From assembly GCA_965637545.1 (NCBI GenBank), contig OZ281494.1:14880001-14944000 (forward strand): a stretch of DNA of 64,000 nucleotides. The letters are read 5' to 3'. Shown here in pieces: positions 20,666 through 33,962 of the stretch; the stretch's first letter is position 1; each line of letters begins with the position of its first letter. The notes beneath the pieces are model-generated. The model saw nothing but the letters and a program-made list of their open reading frames with translations, had not been told where the DNA came from and ran no database searches. Position numbers and translations under genes: made by a program. Source of the DNA: Phallusia mammillata (lineage: Eukaryota).

Positions 20666-21171
20666 CTAGGCTGAGTAGACAATGCTTCATGAACCAGTTA
20701 GTTCTTAAATTATCAGGGAAAGATTTGTTTTGGGGTAATTGTACTGCTTTTTGGACGATCGGCACAATGTTTTAGAAATTTTCCATAACCTTGTCTAAAA
20801 TAGATTTGTCGTAAGTTGGGTTTGCTATTTCAAAATAGGGAAATCCCCAAACAAGCACTTTCGCAGTTTAGCGTTCGGTTGCCAAGTTGGTGTTTCCGAG
20901 GAGTCTGAGTTCAACAAACCGACCTACGTTGTGATCCTAAATCCGGTCAAGCCTCGTTCAAACCAGCCCCTTAAGATCCCAACGCGACGTGGAACATATT
21001 GCAATGTTGGTCCCGAAACAGTTCGGGGACGGCGAAACCAGGAAGATATAAAGCCACTCGAGAAGTTCAAGTACTTTAGCCTACACTTGAAGTTAACCAC
21101 CGACGCGCGACCTATCTGTACATTGTAAAGTTGCGTGTTACAAATGCGAGGGTGACGACCAAGTGTAGATC

Positions 21172-24100
21172 ATGGACAAACAGTTTGAGGAATTAATAAC
21201 ATGTGCTGTTTGCCTGGACCGCTACAAGCAGCCAAAAATTTTACCATGTCAGCATACATTTTGCATGAAGCCTTGTTTACAGAAACTTGTGATAGAAAAA
21301 AGGTAAATAATAGACAATTTTCTAAAACTGTTCTTTCTATAATTTCTTTCCCAGTTTTTATGTGTTAATTTTTTTACACTTAATACTGTGATAACATCTA
21401 ACACTAAAAACATATGTGAAATTTTACAGTATCAGATGCCCTCAGTGTAGATCAACACATAGACTACCTAAGAATGGAATATCAGGATTACCCAACAATC
21501 TAACTATGGTTGCAATCTTGGAGCTTCCTAAAAACAAAAGCCCTCAACTTAAAGAGGCTTGCCAAGTTAGTGATCTGGTGCTTCAAATAAAATAAAAAAT
21601 ACTTTTAATATTGATGATTCTGTTTTCAGGAATGCCTACAAGAAAATTGCACACCGAAAAAGTGTAGTCACTGTGAAAAGAAATTATGTTCATCTTGTAT
21701 ACAAGTCCACTTACAGCAATTGGTTCAGTCCCTTTCCAGGTCGATTAACCAGGTAAAAAAATTGTCTTGACCTGGTATACTGAATACCCTTATTGCAGAA
21801 AAACTATGAAAATTTTTTTTAGCTCAAGAGATTGCTGCCAAAATTAGCTGACATGATATCAGATTTGGAAGAAAAACAATTAAAGTCAAGTACTCTTGCA
21901 TCTTCAGTGAAAGAAGATGTAGATCAGGTACCATCCTTTATGCATGTTTGCTAATAAATTGGTACTTACACTTGTTACTTACACAACACATGTTTTTGCT
22001 CAAACAGGCTATTGATCACTGCATGGCAAAACTGAAAGCAAGGCAACAAAATCTTCATGATCAGATTGACTCATTTGTAGCAACAGAAATACAGTATGAT
22101 TATTACTTTTGATTTGGATATGACACTATCAAATATTACTACAGCTTGCCATTATAAAATGTTTTTAATGATTGCAAATAATAATACAAAGTTAGAGATG
22201 TGCAACCAGGGGGGTACCATCTGTCTGTGGACATTTTGTAAAACGAAGTGAGTGATACAAATTTGGTCATAAAATCATTGAATTGTGTTTGTGGGCAAAT
22301 ATGTACACATATTTTTTAACATTTAAAAAAGTAGGCAGTGGTGGAAAAAGGTTAATAAGTTATGGGTGAAGTGACAAAACCCCTTCGTTCTTTATAGTCA
22401 GCTAAGGATAGAACAAGAAAACATGGAGATGGAAATGGCAATGGTCAACAGTCACTGTGATACTGCTGAGAAGAAATGCAAACTTTTTACAGAATCTGAA
22501 AAGTACCTTATTATGTTTGTTTTTGAGTTGCAATTGAATGTTTCTGATAAACACTTAATTTTTTAGTCCAGAAGTGCTGTCTCCTTCTGAAACCTCGTTG
22601 CTGACACAGCAAAGCAACGAACATTTAAGAAATCTTAAACTGATTTCATCCAATATAGAAGATAAGATAGCCCACAATGTAAAGGTATTTGAACATCATG
22701 ATTACAAGTGCTGTCATTATTGTTTTCATTTTTTTAAATTCTTTTGGACATTGTAGCTTAAATTAGAATTTTGCAAGAAATACTTAATCTAAACACTTGT
22801 TATGTGTACCTTTGTGTTTTGTTTTTCTTTTATGATTATATTGTTTTTGTGCTTGAATGAGTTCCATTTGAATAGGTTTGTCACCTTTGTTATGTTGTAT
22901 ATTTTAAACTCTGGTTGCTACACATGTTAACTGGTTGTTACTCACAATAACTGGTTGCTACACACACGTATATACATACTATTTCTAAGCTAACTCATGT
23001 TAATATTTTTTTTAGCTTATGGACATTTCATGTATCTTTACTGGATGAAATATACTCTATTGTTTTAAGCACTAACATTTGTTGTCTAATGTAAGATGTT
23101 GTCCAAAAGTTGCATGTTCCTGTGTACATATTGTCCCCCTATTCTTTAATATCAAATATAGACACAAAAGATTTATGCCATCTCCATTTTGCAACTCCAA
23201 TATTTGTCTAAGACTTTGTTTACCTGTACCTATTCAACAGTTTCGCAACGAGGGCGAGCGATCACTGCTGAGCGCTGTCGGCTCTTTCGGTGAAATCACT
23301 GTGAATATCCCCTCACGACTTTCGTTCTCACTGGGATCTGACCCTGAAATCAATGATGTTGAAATACACAGGGCGATGCAGCAAGGTCCGCACGGTCGCA
23401 GGAGAACTGGTTTGTTACTTTGATCTGATTTTCACATCGTATTTACAAACGTTTCAAAGTATCTGCTGTAACATATAAGTTTCCAAAAGTGTGGCTGTGT
23501 GGAGCGTTGTGAAGGTCATACCATGAAGGCGTCGGAGCTTAGTCGAAAACCTATGTGTTTTACGCACACACATGCATTACTTAGCACTAAAAATGTTTTA
23601 AATGTCCAGACTGCAAATTCTGCGGATTAAACTAAAAAATGTGTTTCGTTGGCAGAGATCATGGAGTCATATGTCCCCTCATTTTCATTGTCTCCGAGCG
23701 ACACAGTGATCCCAGGCTACTCGCCGTCTCCATCCAATAGCAGTTACAGTCCCCACGAAAGTTTGGTGGATACCAATAACTCACAAAGAAATATGTCCAA
23801 CTTGCCTGTGCCAGGTAAAAGTTTTGTCATATTTTCAGTTATTTTTGTCTGTTCTTATGTCACAACTGTTGACAGATAATAGTTAATCTGTTTATGTCCA
23901 ACAACAGTTGTATAGTTTTGATAGAGTGAAGTTTTGCATTATTTACGCTAAACACCTTTGTGCAAATTGCATTAAGACGCACATTGTGCGTTTTAGTGTC
24001 CATGAAAAATGTGTGTCAATTTGTCAAACAAAACACAAAAGAGCCTTTAGATATTGGACTTGGATTTATTTACTTTATGGTTTGCCCACCCGATCTGTAG

Positions 24101-27100
24101 GTGCCTCATTACACCCGACTCGAATGCCTCGACCCAGAAGAACGTCATATCGCCTACAGGCCCCTGAACTTACACGACTTGGTGGAGGTGACCCTGTCCA
24201 AGCTGGTGATTCTCCGTCATCTGTACAGTATGCCAGTGTGCGGGGCACTTTGTGGCAATATCGCTCAAAGGGCCCAGTAAAAAGGTGATTTATATTCGTT
24301 ATGTTATTCTCAGTTCAGTTACTGCTGCTTTGGTACTTGCTTATGGTATTTGTTAAACTGCTATATTGTCAAAATGTGTCATTTTGTATTCCAATTTAAA
24401 CTGTGAAAAATATCAGTGTTAGGGATTGGTATTATTTTCAAAAATATGCTTTTCCGTTAGGAACAAACAAACTTAAAAATAAAGTAATGGTTAATTAATC
24501 TACGCATTCGCCTGTGGCGTTTTACGAGGTCAATACAAACAATAATATAGTATTGTCACTATACAAAGCCTTACAAAATTTTAGGCTAATCAGCCTACTA
24601 TAATATTCATTGTTTTTTGGCATTACAGATCGCACCTAAGGCTGAACGCGCCACCTTAAGCTCCCTAATTAATATTTCATGTCACCCATTGTACGAAACA
24701 TCGTACTTTGTATTCACTGTTTTTTACAGTAGTTGTTTTTTCAGCTGGTTTGGACAAAAGGGGAGCGATATTGGCTGTCTCAACTGGCCTCGTGGCGTTG
24801 CTGCTTCACTTAACGACAGAATCGCTGTGGCTGACAGTAGCAACCACAGAATACATGTAAGTTTTTTTGTTAAGTACTGGTTCTGTACTCGTGCCATATT
24901 CCAGTTGCAGAACTGAATCACGTGTATGATCGCAGTTGTTCGGAAATATTTCTTACTTCAATTTTGAAACAATGCACCCACATCCGAACCACACCTGGTC
25001 CCGAAATGTTTAACAAGAAACCATTTAATTTTGGCCAATGACACGGGGGCCCTTTGTTGTGTAGCGTTTACCTCGTTGGCGTCTATATTTACTCCAAACG
25101 CTACAAGAAACAACAATGTTATTGCCTCGGTTATTGATGGATCCTTCTTGACTCGAACTGCAGCAACATTAATTTGAGAAATCCTATATTTAAATCAGCT
25201 GAAACATAATGCAAGATTATCTCTTCCCAATTATATTCTAAGTAGTTACACAATATTTATCGTTTCACAATTCCAAAACCTTTCTGATTTCAAGGCGGAA
25301 AACAGCGCTTTTATACTCCCACAATGCAACAGTACACTTTTTCTCTCGCACATTATTACGTTTGTTTATGTTACTTTTAACTGGGCAAGGTTCAAATCAG
25401 CCTTTTTTAGTTGCCAGAATCTTCTCGAAAACAGGCACATAAACGTCAGTGGGACCGGACATGTATAACTGCGAAATATATGACAAAATGTCCCAAAAAT
25501 AGAATATGACCTCACCGATACAAGCAAAACGCATACATGAAAACCGTGTGAAATGTGCGTTTTGTGGACTATTTGCGTTTGTTCTTTATAATGGCTGCAA
25601 ACACTGCTCTAATGCAGCGTGCAAAAGTATAACGTGCAATTCGTGTGAAATATAGCATTTTATGTAATTGGTCTGCTACAGTTGTAATTAACGATTATTA
25701 TTAGTGCTTGCAACTGTGTATAGTTTATTATGTGATCATGAGTCACAAGAGATTCAGCATGAGGAATGAAGACAACAGTCACGTATACTAAAATACTGAA
25801 AACTTTGATGAGTCTGAATTCATCCACCGTTTATTTAAGATATATATATATATATATATATATAACCTTAGTAATATGGCATATTCAGTATCTGAAAACA
25901 ACAAACAGTGCTGAAGAATCGTGCACAAGTTAGAAATCGTAGCTTGCAACCAATGTTCGCATGAAGTAAAATTATATTCGGTCCTACGTTAAAAACAATG
26001 CCGTGTGTTACAGAAAAGGGAACAGTAAAGCAAATATAAATTTTCACACCAGAAGTGCTGGTGTTTACACAACACAACACATCCTACATTGTTGTCCCCA
26101 CTCTTACAAGGCCACCCAGAACCGCAGGTCGCATTTCAATATTAGAAATTTGAGATGCTTTGTAACTGCTGAAGTCTCACAACATAAGTGGTTGACGCTT
26201 GAAGCACCTGCGCGCCAGTTACTGTGCTTTGATCTGTGCCACTTGGTAAAGGTATCCCTCTTAAAATATTTGCCCACCAGAGGTCTTTGATCAGTAAATC
26301 GCGGTTCTTTAAAGAAAATAGCCTGCCTTTGTCTCTGCGCTATTCCTCTGCAGTGTTGTTGTTTTAGGGTCGCTGGGTGGTAAAAGTAAAGAAACAATGA
26401 GGCTATTTTCCTTCCTTTCGATTGTCGCAGAAAGTGCGACTGTTTGGATTTTTGTCATTTGTTGATTTACTCTTCGTGTAATAGCAGGAGACTCATGATA
26501 ATTAACTGTTAGCCTGATTAAATGTCAAGGTTGCCATGAATTTGCACACCTCATAAAACATCATACAACGGCCTATAAACAAACCCTTGTTGCAATCGTT
26601 GAAACTACATTTCCAAAGTTTAAATATAGATCCATACAAGAGATTGTGAACTATTTGGCGTTTTGTACTTGACAAAAGCAAAACAACAACCAACTAAAGG
26701 CATGAGGTTTGCTTTAGTGTACTCGCAGCTGAAAATGGCTTGCTAACCACATTCACATGAAACACTCTATATTCAGCGGCCAAAGGAATTTAAATTGAGC
26801 TTTTTTGGCAAACCTGGCATTCAGGTATACTTTACATCTCATATATTTGCAGCTATACGAATCCAGTGGTGAACCAGCTTTGACATTTGGTGGTTACGGT
26901 ACAGACGAGGGCCAGTTTGACTGTGTGTCCGGGGTTCACGTTACAGCCCAGGTACTATACGCGTATTTAGCTGTGAACACTTAAATGTAAAGTGAGAAAT
27001 CCACTTACGACAACAGACCCGGTAAATGAGGTCATAAGTGGATATCCAAGAGTGGTTTGTCACCATTTCGCCGCAGAGTGGTTTGTGTTTTCGAAACTGT

Positions 27101-29113
27101 AACCAAATATTTATTGTGAGAGAAACTACTGTTTTTTGTGTGTAAAACTGATGACATTTGTAAATAATTTTTGCATTTGCACGCTTTTTTATACGTTTAC
27201 TATGCTTTTTACAATATTTTTGTCCATTTCAAAACACAATCAGTATTACATTACAGAAAAAGAAGTACGTTACAGACAAAGATGTTGGTTTAGTAAGAAA
27301 CAAGCTAATTGACAAAGTCGTTGGTCCTGTTAAACTTTAGGATAATTAGATGTGCACACATATGACATTCAACAAATACGCAAGCAGGCGACTTGAGACA
27401 TACTAACTTGGTCTTAAGTTCTGTCATAACGTCGCAATTTTGGGGAAGAAAATGTCTTTTAAAATTTTGTTGTTGCAGGGCTGGGTTATCACCACTGATC
27501 GCTACAATCATCGTGTACAGATATTTGACAGCATGGGAAGATTTATTCGAATGTTTGGACAAGAAGGAACTGGTAAGAAAAATTGTAAAAACTTAAAAAT
27601 TGGCCCTTTGTGTAATTTCCTGTGTCATAACCCGTGTAAAACAAAAAGGAACAATTATAATCCGGTCATATTATCCTAAAGTTTGTACGCTGCTAAACAT
27701 GTTTGGACTAATCATGTAAAATATGGCATTTTAACCGAAAGCGTCTGAACTACATGAAAGATTGCCGAATCGAGCGCACGAAATTTTTCGAGCTATTTTC
27801 ACCAAAAAGCCTTGTGCAGGTGAAGGCGAACTCAGCTATCCGTGGGGTGTCGCTACAGACAATATGGGATTTGTATACGTGTGTGACAAAGACAACCACA
27901 GAATACAGGTAGTTTAATCTCTTTGGTGTGTCAAATCAAAACCCCTTTTCCCATATGCCGTGTTTTGTTTAACTTCGTTTCTTTGATTGACGCAGATTTT
28001 TACGTTGGATGGACAGTTCATTCGTAAGTTTGGTCGCATTGGATCCTGCGACTCTCAGTTTGATAGTCCTCACTACATCGCAGTAACAAACGACAACAAA
28101 GTATGACCATCAATGGCAGTTTTGTATTTGTTAATAGTTTTGGTGTCTAAGCTTCTGTGTTGCCTTCGAGTTGCTTTGATGTGTGAGTTAGCCCATTTTA
28201 GCATCTTGTACTGGTGTGGATGTATTTGGGTAATATGAAACTCGGGCCCCAAGTTGTAACCTGCTCAACATACGCGTTTTTAAAATCAACTTTACCCACT
28301 TAGCAACAGGGATCAACAAAGATCATACTTTATCAATTATTTTATCTTTTCCTCTTACCAGGTAATTGTAAGTGATAGTGGCAACCACCGAATCCAGGTT
28401 TTCGACAAATACGGAAGATTTCTACTTAAGTTCGGCAGAGAAGGATCGGCTGATGGATTGCTTAAATATCCACGTGGTGTCGCTGTGGATCGTCATGGAA
28501 ATATTGTTGTCGGGGATAGCGGCAATAACAGGGTGCAGGTGAGATTTGTAATTGCTAGTCAAGACTGAACTCGGACGTCGGTTGTTCCCAGAGACCTAAT
28601 GCCTTGTAGTGTGGGTTTTTGTCGCATTATATTAACTCAGAGTTTCAAAGCTAAATTGAGGTAGCGAATTGACTTCTGTTTAATGCAGGGGTTCTTAACC
28701 TGGGGTGCACGCACCCCCAAGGGGTGCGAGAACTGTTCCTAGGGGGTGCGGGGGTGCTGAATCATTAAGGTTGGTTAGGTCCATTCTATTTAAGCAATTA
28801 CAGAAGGGGGTGCGAAAATTGGTTGGTGATTTGAAAGGGGTGCAGCAAGGAAAAAAGGTTAAGAACCACTGGTTTAATGGGTACCACAATACTAAAGCGG
28901 AAGTTAGAAAACAGTTTGCCTTATTTTTGTTCTTTGATTTCACAAGTACCGTGCTACATTCAGGTTTATACCAGCGACGGTACGTACGTGGCTGGTTTTG
29001 GTTCGTGGGGTCCTGCGCCCGGTCAAATGAAAGGCATCGAGGGAGTCGCGTTGCTAAGCAACAATGACATTGCAGTCAGCGACCGCGAAAATCACCGAAT
29101 ACAGATTTTCTGA
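21172..29113 (+). CDS. nhl-1: RING/B-box-like/coiled-coil/6xNHL E3 ligase of the NHL-1 / Thin(Abba) type (705 aa)
   Basis: 17 phase-consistent exons totalling 2118 nt: 21172-21302, 21430-21565, 21630-21752, 21823-21927, 22008-22093, 22398-22502, 22567-22684, 23241-23385, 23656-23814, 24101-24284, 24745-24856, 26853-26951, 27479-27572, 27820-27908, 27996-28100, 28362-28538, 28964-29113. N-terminus [36 protein letters not shown]. Six NHL repeats ([64 protein letters not shown]). No filamin domain. Confidence 0.92.
22193..22364. mobile_element. Possible decayed hAT-type MITE in TRIM intron 5
   Basis: Ends ..gtgcaaccaggggggtac and ggaaaaaggttaataagttatg resemble the ends of the intact MITE at 28686-28871 and the length is similar. 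TIR pairing is poor and no TSD was seen. Confidence 0.3.
22909..22966. repeat. 20-bp minisatellite, 3 copies, in TRIM intron 7
   Basis: ctggttg(c/t)tac(a/t)ca.. repeats with 20-bp period at 22911, 22931 and 22951. Confidence 0.8.
25840..25864. repeat. (TA)12 microsatellite
   Basis: Uninterrupted TA run in TRIM intron 11. Confidence 0.95.
28686..28871. mobile_element. hAT (Charlie-like) MITE, 186 bp
   Basis: TIRs CAGGGGTTCTTAACCT and AGGTTAAGAACCACTG (15/16 complementary). Perfect 8-bp target-site duplication GTTTAATG at 28678-28685 and 28872-28879. No ORF. Lies in the last TRIM intron. Confidence 0.93.
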
Positions 29114-29519
29114 TCAGAGAGTCATGTGTGTGACTTCAGCATTGCCGATTTTTTCGTCACTGTGTAAAGCATGATGTAAAGAATTACGTCACTGTGCCAA
29201 GCATGATGACGTCATCGTTGTGGGTTGCAGCAATATTTTTGATACTTTGTTATGTTATGTTGTAGCATTTTTTGTGTAAGGTTGTTTTATACCTCACAGT
29301 TGATACGTAACCATAACTTGTTGATCGTTCCTTTCTCTCTTAATTTATGATGCTGTGATGCGAAAAAAACGACTGTAAAAACAAAAAAACCTTTCTTATT
29401 GAGAGATAATATGCATTAGGACAAAAACTTTTCGTGTTTTCCTCAACCTGTTGGTTGCACGAATCTTGTTAGCGTGTAGAAGTCAGTTCTGCGAAGAATA
29501 GATTTTTATCGACATCGCT

Positions 29520-29525
29520 TTTATT
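29520..29525 (-). terminator. AATAAA poly(A) signal of the TSSK gene
   Basis: TTTATT on the + strand, about 67 nt beyond the TSSK stop codon. Confidence 0.55.
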
Positions 29526-29591
29526 GCACTAACAGTATTTGTTTGACAGTTTTTCCTTCAAGAGTTTAGAGCTGCCGTGGTCAGCTTTACT

Positions 29592-31710
<2,119 letters not shown>

Positions 31711-31901
31711 TTTAATTCCAGAATTTCTTTAAATAATGACTTTTTTTTACCTTAAATTGATTTGATGGAAACACGCAATTTTCGCAAACAAAACATTTAT
31801 GTCGTCATAATGTGCAGTTGAAAATGACAAAGGGAAATATAAAATATAAAACGGAGAGAATTTGTTTTTATTAAAGTTTTATCTTGTATGGAAAGCAAAA
31901 A

Positions 31902-32600
31902 ATGCCTAAATCAAGGTGAAGAATGAACTAATTCACCGTGAAAAAGTGAACAGGTTTTTAATTGGTCGTGTTTTTTTAAAACAGTGAAAATGAGGATTTT
32001 CACTTGCTGGAGCGCAAAATTGGAATGACAGACCTTCGCCAGGACAAAGAAACAAACCAAGGATTCTCCACTGAAGGTGCCAATGGGACAAATAATCGAG
32101 TAACGTCAGACAATATGTCAGAACAGGTGATATTTTCAAATTAAAAAACATATTGTTGGGTCTTTTTTGACATGTTGGTCTGCCTTTATAGTTGTGATAG
32201 GTTAAATAAATGCTACATTAGTTTATCGTATAGCGTGTAAGAACACACCACTTCTGTGGTTTAAGTCGCTGGAATTTAAAATAAATTACGGGTTTAGATT
32301 TCAGTTGCGCGGTCTTTGAGGCGAAAAAGAAAACGTAACAGCGACCTCCGCACTGATTTCACGGAATCGCAACGTAAGACTACTGTACAATCAAAAGCTA
32401 GTGGTGAGGCGAATCAACTCAAAACAACAAAACCGGTTTGGCAAACAAAATCCGTCAAGTCATAGTATTATGTAAATTGGTTTAATATATTGTTTCAGTT
32501 TTTACGAAGCAGTACTATTCTTAAAGAAGGACCTACGTCGGAAAAAAGGAAGCAAATTAATTTTAAAACCTTTTCGTTGCCTCTAGGTGGCGACTCTTGA
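31902..32600 (+). CDS. Candidate orphan 4-exon gene, 131-aa hydrophilic basic protein with an NLS-like RRKRKR
   Basis: Exons 31902-31915, 31985-32126, 32298-32435, 32499-32600 join in phase through GT-AG introns of 69, 171 and 63 nt. Stop TGA is followed immediately by AATAAA (32603-32608). No family similarity recognised. The acceptor at 32297 competes with one at 32304 that would give an early stop. Confidence 0.45.
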
Positions 32601-33159
32601 TCAATAAAATTTACCGCGAACGGTTGTCTGTTTTCTGTTGACAAGCACGTGTGCGTTTGGTATAATCGTTGATGACAGAATCAGATAAACAAAGGTTTAT
32701 GTTAGATTTGTAGGTAAGAGTTGTTGGGATTGTCTTGAAGCACAGTTTAGTTACTATAATTTGCTTAAGCTTATTATTATCATGACATAAGTCGGTTAAC
32801 TAAATAGTTAACTCACCATGCAAGGGGTTCTTTAACATGTAAAACATATTTTTGTACTTTAGGGACTAGTTTTGTCAAAAAATATTTAGTTTAATGAATG
32901 CATTGTTGACAAACAACTAAACGAACTTGCTTTAATAACGAGTTTGTAGCTGTGGACTTGTGATTACATATACAACTGCATTTAGAACACATAAACAATT
33001 CTGCAAACCTAGACAATCATGAATGAACTAAGGTAAACTTTGAGCAATGACCATTGTTCGGTAACAAGCCATAAACGTGGCCTGAATATCGTAGTTTACA
33101 GTGCGGTTAATGTGAGTCAACTTTTGCTGGCAGCTTTGTTTCATTTTAAGAAGTCTGAA

Positions 33160-33300
33160 CAGCACTTGATCGCTGAAACCGCGGCACGTGGTGGCGTCCC
33201 GTCGCCGCGGCGTCGATGATAGCCGCTGAAAAAGGAAAAACTATGCATTGAGTTGGCTAACAGATATGCCGACGTTTTTCGCCGGACAGAAACAGTTAAT
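33160..33300 (+). promoter_or_regulatory. CpG-dense patch, probable Jagged promoter region
   Basis: gcggcacgtggtggcgtcccgtcgccgcggcgtcg (includes a CACGTG E-box) about 750 bp upstream of the Jagged ATG. Candidate 5'-UTR splice sites at 33612 and 33650. Confidence 0.35.
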
Positions 33301-33962
33301 TTCTTCAGTGATTGTGCCGCGATGGTCTGTTAGCGTTAGTATGTTATCAGGGAGCTGCGGTCAAGTGATTAAGAATGTATTTTTGTTTTAATGTAATTAA
33401 ATGACAAAGCCAAGTTGAGTCGACAGATTGTATCATTTTCAGGATTGTTGTAAGTAGTAAACATATTAATTAATCATGTTGAAGTTGGTAGTACGTTTAA
33501 CAATTTTCGCGTTTGTGGTGTGTTATATATTTCGCAGCTCTTATGTTAAACTTAACTTTGAGAACCAGCAAAAGTAACAGCGATATTTAAAGTTTAATTT
33601 ATCCTCTTCTAGGGTTTATTGAATTTTCAAGTATCCACGCAAGACACCAGTAAGTGTTTTGTAGTGTTACCTTTTTTCTATTTGCTTTTAATGTCAGACG
33701 AAATAGCAGCGTTACTGTAGTACCAGTTTGTAGATTGCTGATGAAACGGTACCAATAAGACATAGTGTTTCTAGCCTGTGTAATAAGCCTTCGTGTGAAT
33801 CGTTAAGAAAATCTTCTGCTCCCGAAGAAAACACTGATAATGCAGAGCAGCACAGCGTGGGCAAAGTGACAAGGGCTGAATTTTCTTGAGATTAACCTAA
33901 CTTTTGTGGATTTATCTGTTGCAACGACTACAGAGGAAGCCAGTTGTTGCCAACGAAATACA

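Noticed and set aside
25900-26700. Possible nested minus-strand gene in TRIM intron 11 (ORFs 26104-26397 and 26502-26693)
   Set aside because: Non-ATG starts, no coherent splice chain and no recognisable domain or transposase motif.
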